DNA of 64,000 nucleotides from Bdellovibrionales bacterium (GTDB lineage Bacteria; Bdellovibrionota; Bdellovibrionia; Bdellovibrionales; JAUICD01): NCBI GenBank assembly GCA_965203275.1, contig OZ241865.1, positions 2,503,811 to 2,567,810 of the forward strand, read 5' to 3'. Shown piece by piece: positions 59,520 to 64,000 of this stretch (position 1 is its first letter; each line of letters starts with the position of its first letter). The notes under the pieces were generated by a model. It saw only the letters and a program-made list of their open reading frames with translations, ran no database searches and was not told where the DNA came from. The position numbers and the translations under genes were made by a program.

Positions 59520-60575
59520 ATGGATATTATGCTGAATACACGATCTTTTGCAAGTGATAACAATTCAGGAATCATCCCTGAAGTGATGATAGCTCTATCA
59601 AAAGTTAATCATAACCATGTAGCAGCTTACGGCAATGACCCTGTCACAGCACACGCTCAAAAGGTTTTTAAAGATGTCTTTACTACACATTGTGAATCTT
59701 ACTTTGCTTTTAACGGAACAGCAGCCAACCATCTTTGCCTAGCCCCCTTTGTGAAACCTTTTGAATCTGTTATTTGCTCTGAACATTCACATTTACATCA
59801 AAATGAATGTGGAGCTCCAGAACGCATACTAGGAATTAAATTACTCACTCTCCCATCACTCAATGGCAAACTTAAAGCTCAACAAATTAAAGAATGTCTT
59901 GCTGTGCAAAGATATGGAGATATTCATTGTCGCCAGCCCCGCATGGTCAGTATTACACAACCTACAGAGTTAGGCACAGTTTACTCTATTGAAGAAATGC
60001 TTGCTATAGCTAAAATAGCAAAAGAATACAAATTATTCTTTCATATTGATGGGTCTCGGTTGGTCAATGCTGCTGTTGCTTTAAATAAATCACTTCAACA
60101 GATCACAGTGGATATAGGTGCAGATTGTGTCTCTTTTGGAGGAACCAAAAATGGTCTTATGTTAGCTGAAGCAGCTTTATTTTTTAATCATCATAATAAG
60201 CAAGATATTCCCTATCATCAAAAACAACTTTTGCAACTACCAGGCAAAAGCCGTTTTGTGGCAGCACAATTTTGTGCCTTACTTGAAGAAAATGTATGGA
60301 AAAAATATGCAAATCATGCAAATCAAATGGCTCAAAAACTAGCTACACAAGTGGCCAACATAAAGCATATCAAACTTGTACAACCTGTAGAAAGCAACGT
60401 ATTATTTGCTCAAATTCCAAGGGATCTTCTCAAAACAGCACGGAAGAATTTCTTTTTCTATCTATGGGATGAAAACTCTAAAAATAATAACTGCATCGTC
60501 AGATGGATGACCACATTTAACACAACTCAAGAGGATATTGATGCTTTTTGTAAAGATATTTCTCAATTGACATAA
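59520..60575 (+). CDS. ltaE: Low-specificity L-threonine aldolase
   Basis: FASDN, NGTAAN, TQPTELGTVY, HIDGSRL and SFGGTKNG motifs. Confidence 0.92.
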   Translation: MDIMLNTRSFASDNNSGIIPEVMIALSKVNHNHVAAYGNDPVTAHAQKVFKDVFTTHCESYFAFNGTAANHLCLAPFVKPFESVICSEHSHLHQNECGAPERILGIKLLTLPSLNGKLKAQQIKECLAVQRYGDIHCRQPRMVSITQPTELGTVYSIEEMLAIAKIAKEYKLFFHIDGSRLVNAAVALNKSLQQITVDIGADCVSFGGTKNGLMLAEAALFFNHHNKQDIPYHQKQLLQLPGKSRFVAAQFCALLEENVWKKYANHANQMAQKLATQVANIKHIKLVQPVESNVLFAQIPRDLLKTARKNFFFYLWDENSKNNNCIVRWMTTFNTTQEDIDAFCKDISQLT

Positions 60576-60717
60576 ATTGACATAAAAGTAATAGCAGTCA
60601 CAATATTTGCGTTATTCCGAAACTATTTAGATGCAAAAAGAAAAGTCCCATCAAAAATATATCTAAACTAGTTTAAAAATCCTTTTGCTGTTTTGATGTT
60701 CAAAGCTAACTTAAACA

Positions 60718-60918
60718 TTTCACTCAAAATGAGCCACACCTCTGGTGTGTTTTTGGGCATTGCTCTGACAGCTATACGCTGTCCAAAAAGAGCAATGCCT
60801 CAAAAATCTGCTCATTTTGAGTAGGGCGAATCTCCTTCTATCTTAACACCATGTTAGGGAAAAAGTGCTTTTATTACCTTAAGAGCAAGCGGATTTACGA
60901 ATGAAGTTCTTTTTCCTT
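60718..60918. repeat. Structured repeat cluster 13 (one unit plus spacer)
   Basis: actcaaaatgagc/gctcattttgagt variant. Confidence 0.93.
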
Positions 60919-61035
60919 ATTTTTAATATACAAGCAACCTCAAATATTATTTCTTTGGATATTTCGATAAGGAAATACACTATGTTTTAAAGTTAAAGTA
61001 ATAAACTTAATCCTAAGAAAAAATCAAAATAAAAC

Positions 61036-62049
61036 TTAAACACGCCCTAGTATCTTAAGTAGGTCAACCATTCTGTGAGAAAAGCCAACTTCATTATCAT
61101 ACCAAGCTAGCACCTTGACCATACGATCTTGTATCAGCATTGTAGAAGGCAACTCCACAATAGCACTCGCTGTATGACCTAAATAATCTCTGCTGACAAG
61201 AGGTAGATTTTCTACAGCTAAAATACCTTTTAAATCACTATGGGCAGCTTTTTCAAATGCTTGGTTGATTGTTCTAATGGACGCGTTGTTTTTAAGATGA
61301 GCTACAAAATCCACTAAGCTAACATTAGGCGTAGGAACTCGTACTGAGATGCCGTCAATCTTACCTTTAAGATGAGGTAGAATTTTACCCACTGTTTGGG
61401 CAGCTCCTGTAGTGGTAGGGATAATAGACAAACTCGCTCCTCTTGCCCTCCGCAAATCTTTGTGATTACCATCCAACAATCTTTGGTCATTGGTGTAAGC
61501 ATGTACTGTGGTCATAAACCCTGAGGCCACTCCAAAGTTTCGATCTAAAACTTCAATAACAGGAGCTAAACAATTCGTTGTACAAGAAGCATTGCTCACC
61601 AAATGATGTTGTTGGGGATCGTATTGTGCATGATTGACTCCATAGCAAATAGTTATATCAGAACCTTTTGCTGGTGCAGAAATCAGCACTTTTTTCACCT
61701 GACCTTTGAGATGTTTTTGAAGGTCTGCTTTTGTTTTTAAAGCACCTGTACATTCTAAAACAAATTCAACACCCCATTGATCCCAAGGGATATCTGATGG
61801 ATTTCTTGTTTGTGATACAGGGATTTTTACGTCATTGATTATAAGATGCCCTGTATCACTTGAGACTTGTTGATTCCAAATGCCGTGTAAGGAATCATAC
61901 TTAAGCAAGTGGGCCATTGTCTGTGCATTAGCCCCATCATTGATTCCTGTAATACAAAAAGCTTCTTCTTTGGAATGAAAATTATGATCATAGATGGCTT
62001 TGAGAACCATCCGACCAATACGACCAAAGCCATTAATCCCTAAACGCAT
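61036..62049 (-). CDS. gap: Glyceraldehyde-3-phosphate dehydrogenase type I
   Basis: GINGFGRIGR, NASCTTNCLAP and WYDNE motifs. Confidence 0.97.
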   Translation of the reverse strand: MRLGINGFGRIGRMVLKAIYDHNFHSKEEAFCITGINDGANAQTMAHLLKYDSLHGIWNQQVSSDTGHLIINDVKIPVSQTRNPSDIPWDQWGVEFVLECTGALKTKADLQKHLKGQVKKVLISAPAKGSDITICYGVNHAQYDPQQHHLVSNASCTTNCLAPVIEVLDRNFGVASGFMTTVHAYTNDQRLLDGNHKDLRRARGASLSIIPTTTGAAQTVGKILPHLKGKIDGISVRVPTPNVSLVDFVAHLKNNASIRTINQAFEKAAHSDLKGILAVENLPLVSRDYLGHTASAIVELPSTMLIQDRMVKVLAWYDNEVGFSHRMVDLLKILGRV

Positions 62050-62121
62050 TTTGATAATATCCTTTTCTTAAAATAATTTAAGAGAACACTAAAAGACACT
62101 TTTAAACATGTCAAGACGTCT

Positions 62122-62460
62122 TTTTCACTAAAAGTGGTCTAGCCTCTGGCTACTTTCTGGCAATGACCGCAATGGCTTTCGCCATTGGCAAAATGGTCAT
62201 TGCCTAGAAAGCTTGACCACTTTTAGTAGGGAGGATCCCTTCGTCCCTTAACTCCATGTTAAGGAAAAAGCTTTTCATTTGTAAACCCGCTTGCTCTTAA
62301 GGTAATAAAAGCACTTTTTCCTTAACATGGTGTCAGAAGCAAGGAGATCCGCCCTACTCAAAATGAACAAGCTTTTGAGGTAGCCAGCTTTTTACGACGG
62401 CGGTAGCCGTCGGGCTGGCTACCCAAAAGTGGCCAGAGGCCAGTTCATTTTGAGTGAAAA
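62122..62460. mobile_element. MITE/REPIN-like composite: unit, spacer, inverted unit (cluster 14)
   Basis: The two arms are different sequence variants of the same fold. Confidence 0.8.
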
Positions 62461-62523
62461 GATACTTTTTGACATGATGTTAAGTATACTATATATTGTA
62501 GTTTTAAATAAGGATATTGTGAT

Positions 62524-64000
62524 ATGACTAATAAAAATATATCATGCTTCCAACGTACTTGTCTTTGTGGACAAATATCAGAAGAACATCTTGAAACTCA
62601 AGTCACCTTGATGGGATGGGTGGATCGCTTCCGAGACCATAAGGGAGTTTTTTTTATTGATCTACGTGATATATCAGGTGTTGTTCAAGTGGTTTTAGAT
62701 ATTTCAAAGCATTCTTCTATTGCCAAAGATATTAAAGAGGACAGTGTTTTAAGTGTTGATGGAAAGGTACAGAAAAGACTTAAAGAAAATCCAAAGTTAC
62801 TAACAGGCCAATTTGAAGTTCAGGTAGAAAGTAAAAACGGTGTGAAAATTTTATCTCATGCAGATCCTTTGCCTCTACAAGCAGAAGCCAATGAAGAGAC
62901 CCGTTTAAAATATCGTTATCTTGATTTAAGAAAGCCTCATTTACAGCAAAATCTTATCAAGCGTCATCATTTTTATCAGATTGTCCGTAAATACTTATGT
63001 CAAAATCGCTTTTTAGAAATTGAAACTCCTATTTTGTATAAAAGTACACCAGAGGGAGCAAGGGATTATCTTGTACCTTCACGTATTGAAAAAGGGCATT
63101 TTTATGCGTTGGTGCAGAGTCCTCAAATACTCAAACAGTTATTGATGGTCTCAGGCATGGATCGTTATTTTCAAATTGCTAAATGTTTTCGTGATGAAGA
63201 TTTAAGAGCAGATAGACAACCAGAGTTTACTCAAATTGATATTGAGATGGCTTTTGTAGATAAAAAAGACGTGATGTCTTTAACAGAAGGTTTAATTAAG
63301 GTTTTATGGAAAGAGTTATTAAATATAGATATTCCTCATATTGCTCAATGGACTTATGAGGAAGCCATGAATAAATATGGCACAGACAAACCTGATTTGC
63401 GATTTGAGTTAGAAATTTGTGATCTTACCGAGACTTATAAAAATTTACCTGAACTTGCAGAACATATAAAAGAAAACTCTGTTGTGAAGGGAATAAAATT
63501 ATCTCAAGATATGAGTGTTAGTCAGATGAAAAAATTTGTATCTTCTGATTTGACAATGCAAAATCTTGCTCTTGTTTGGATAAAAAGCGATAAAGAAGGT
63601 CATTTAAAAAGTTCTCATCGGATGAGTGAGAAAGCACAAAAACAAATTTTTGCAAATGCAAAAGCTCAACATGGGGATACACTTTTTGTGATGACAGGAG
63701 AGTGGGCTTTTGTTTGCACTGCTTTAGGTAAGGTTAGGCTCAAACTAGCTGAGATGTTTCATTTAATCAAAGATAAAAATGATTTTCAATTTGCATGGGT
63801 GATAGATTTTCCTTTATTTAGCCAGAATGAAGAAGGCCATTGGGGATCGACTCATCATCCTTTTACTTCTCCAACAGACAAAGCTTCTTTAAAACTTCAT
63901 GATATGCTGGGGACAGCTAATATGAACTATCAAGATAAAGAATTAACTGCTAGGTCGTATGATTTGGTATGTAATGGGCATGAAATTGGGGGCAGTATTC
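62524..64000 (+). CDS. aspS: Aspartate--tRNA ligase (partial, runs off the right edge)
   Basis: Manual translation: GWVDRFRDHKGVFFIDLRD, STPEGARDYLVPSR, FQIAKCFRDEDLRADRQPEFTQIDIEM. Confidence 0.96.
   Translation, partial: MTNKNISCFQRTCLCGQISEEHLETQVTLMGWVDRFRDHKGVFFIDLRDISGVVQVVLDISKHSSIAKDIKEDSVLSVDGKVQKRLKENPKLLTGQFEVQVESKNGVKILSHADPLPLQAEANEETRLKYRYLDLRKPHLQQNLIKRHHFYQIVRKYLCQNRFLEIETPILYKSTPEGARDYLVPSRIEKGHFYALVQSPQILKQLLMVSGMDRYFQIAKCFRDEDLRADRQPEFTQIDIEMAFVDKKDVMSLTEGLIKVLWKELLNIDIPHIAQWTYEEAMNKYGTDKPDLRFELEICDLTETYKNLPELAEHIKENSVVKGIKLSQDMSVSQMKKFVSSDLTMQNLALVWIKSDKEGHLKSSHRMSEKAQKQIFANAKAQHGDTLFVMTGEWAFVCTALGKVRLKLAEMFHLIKDKNDFQFAWVIDFPLFSQNEEGHWGSTHHPFTSPTDKASLKLHDMLGTANMNYQDKELTARSYDLVCNGHEIGGSI

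Noticed and set aside
1..64000. tRNA, rRNA, prophage or intact transposase genes
   Set aside because: None recognised by eye; tRNAscan/Infernal not run

Overview
AT-rich bacterial chromosomal window; the gene set (type IV pilins, Tad-domain protein, CFI-box-CTERM-like protein next to an outer-membrane protein, FliA, acidic LysM protein) suggests a Bdellovibrionota-like organism (inference). It carries housekeeping genes (ald, pheS, nuoM/N, lipA, atpG, rlmN, rnhA, sucA, nnr, tsaE, ltaE, gap, aspS), many without their usual operon partners. About 14 intergenic clusters (roughly 8-9 kb, about 50 full or partial units by eye) belong to one ~145-nt repeat family. Its copies differ strongly in sequence but keep the same three-way-junction fold through compensatory changes, with G-U pairs and GNNA loops on one strand only. 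The repeat builds BIME/REPIN-like mosaics, carries a 152-153-nt passenger insert, supplies stop codons to host genes and replaced the core of an Rpn nuclease gene. Other highlights are a predicted exported protein with a Clp-N-like region and nine tandem winged-HTH-like repeats that vary mainly in the putative recognition helix and wing, a 46-bp inverted-repeat-bounded segment upstream of a pilin cluster (candidate invertible switch), and three tandem secreted paralogs. No rRNA, tRNA, CRISPR array, intact transposase or recombinase gene was recognised.
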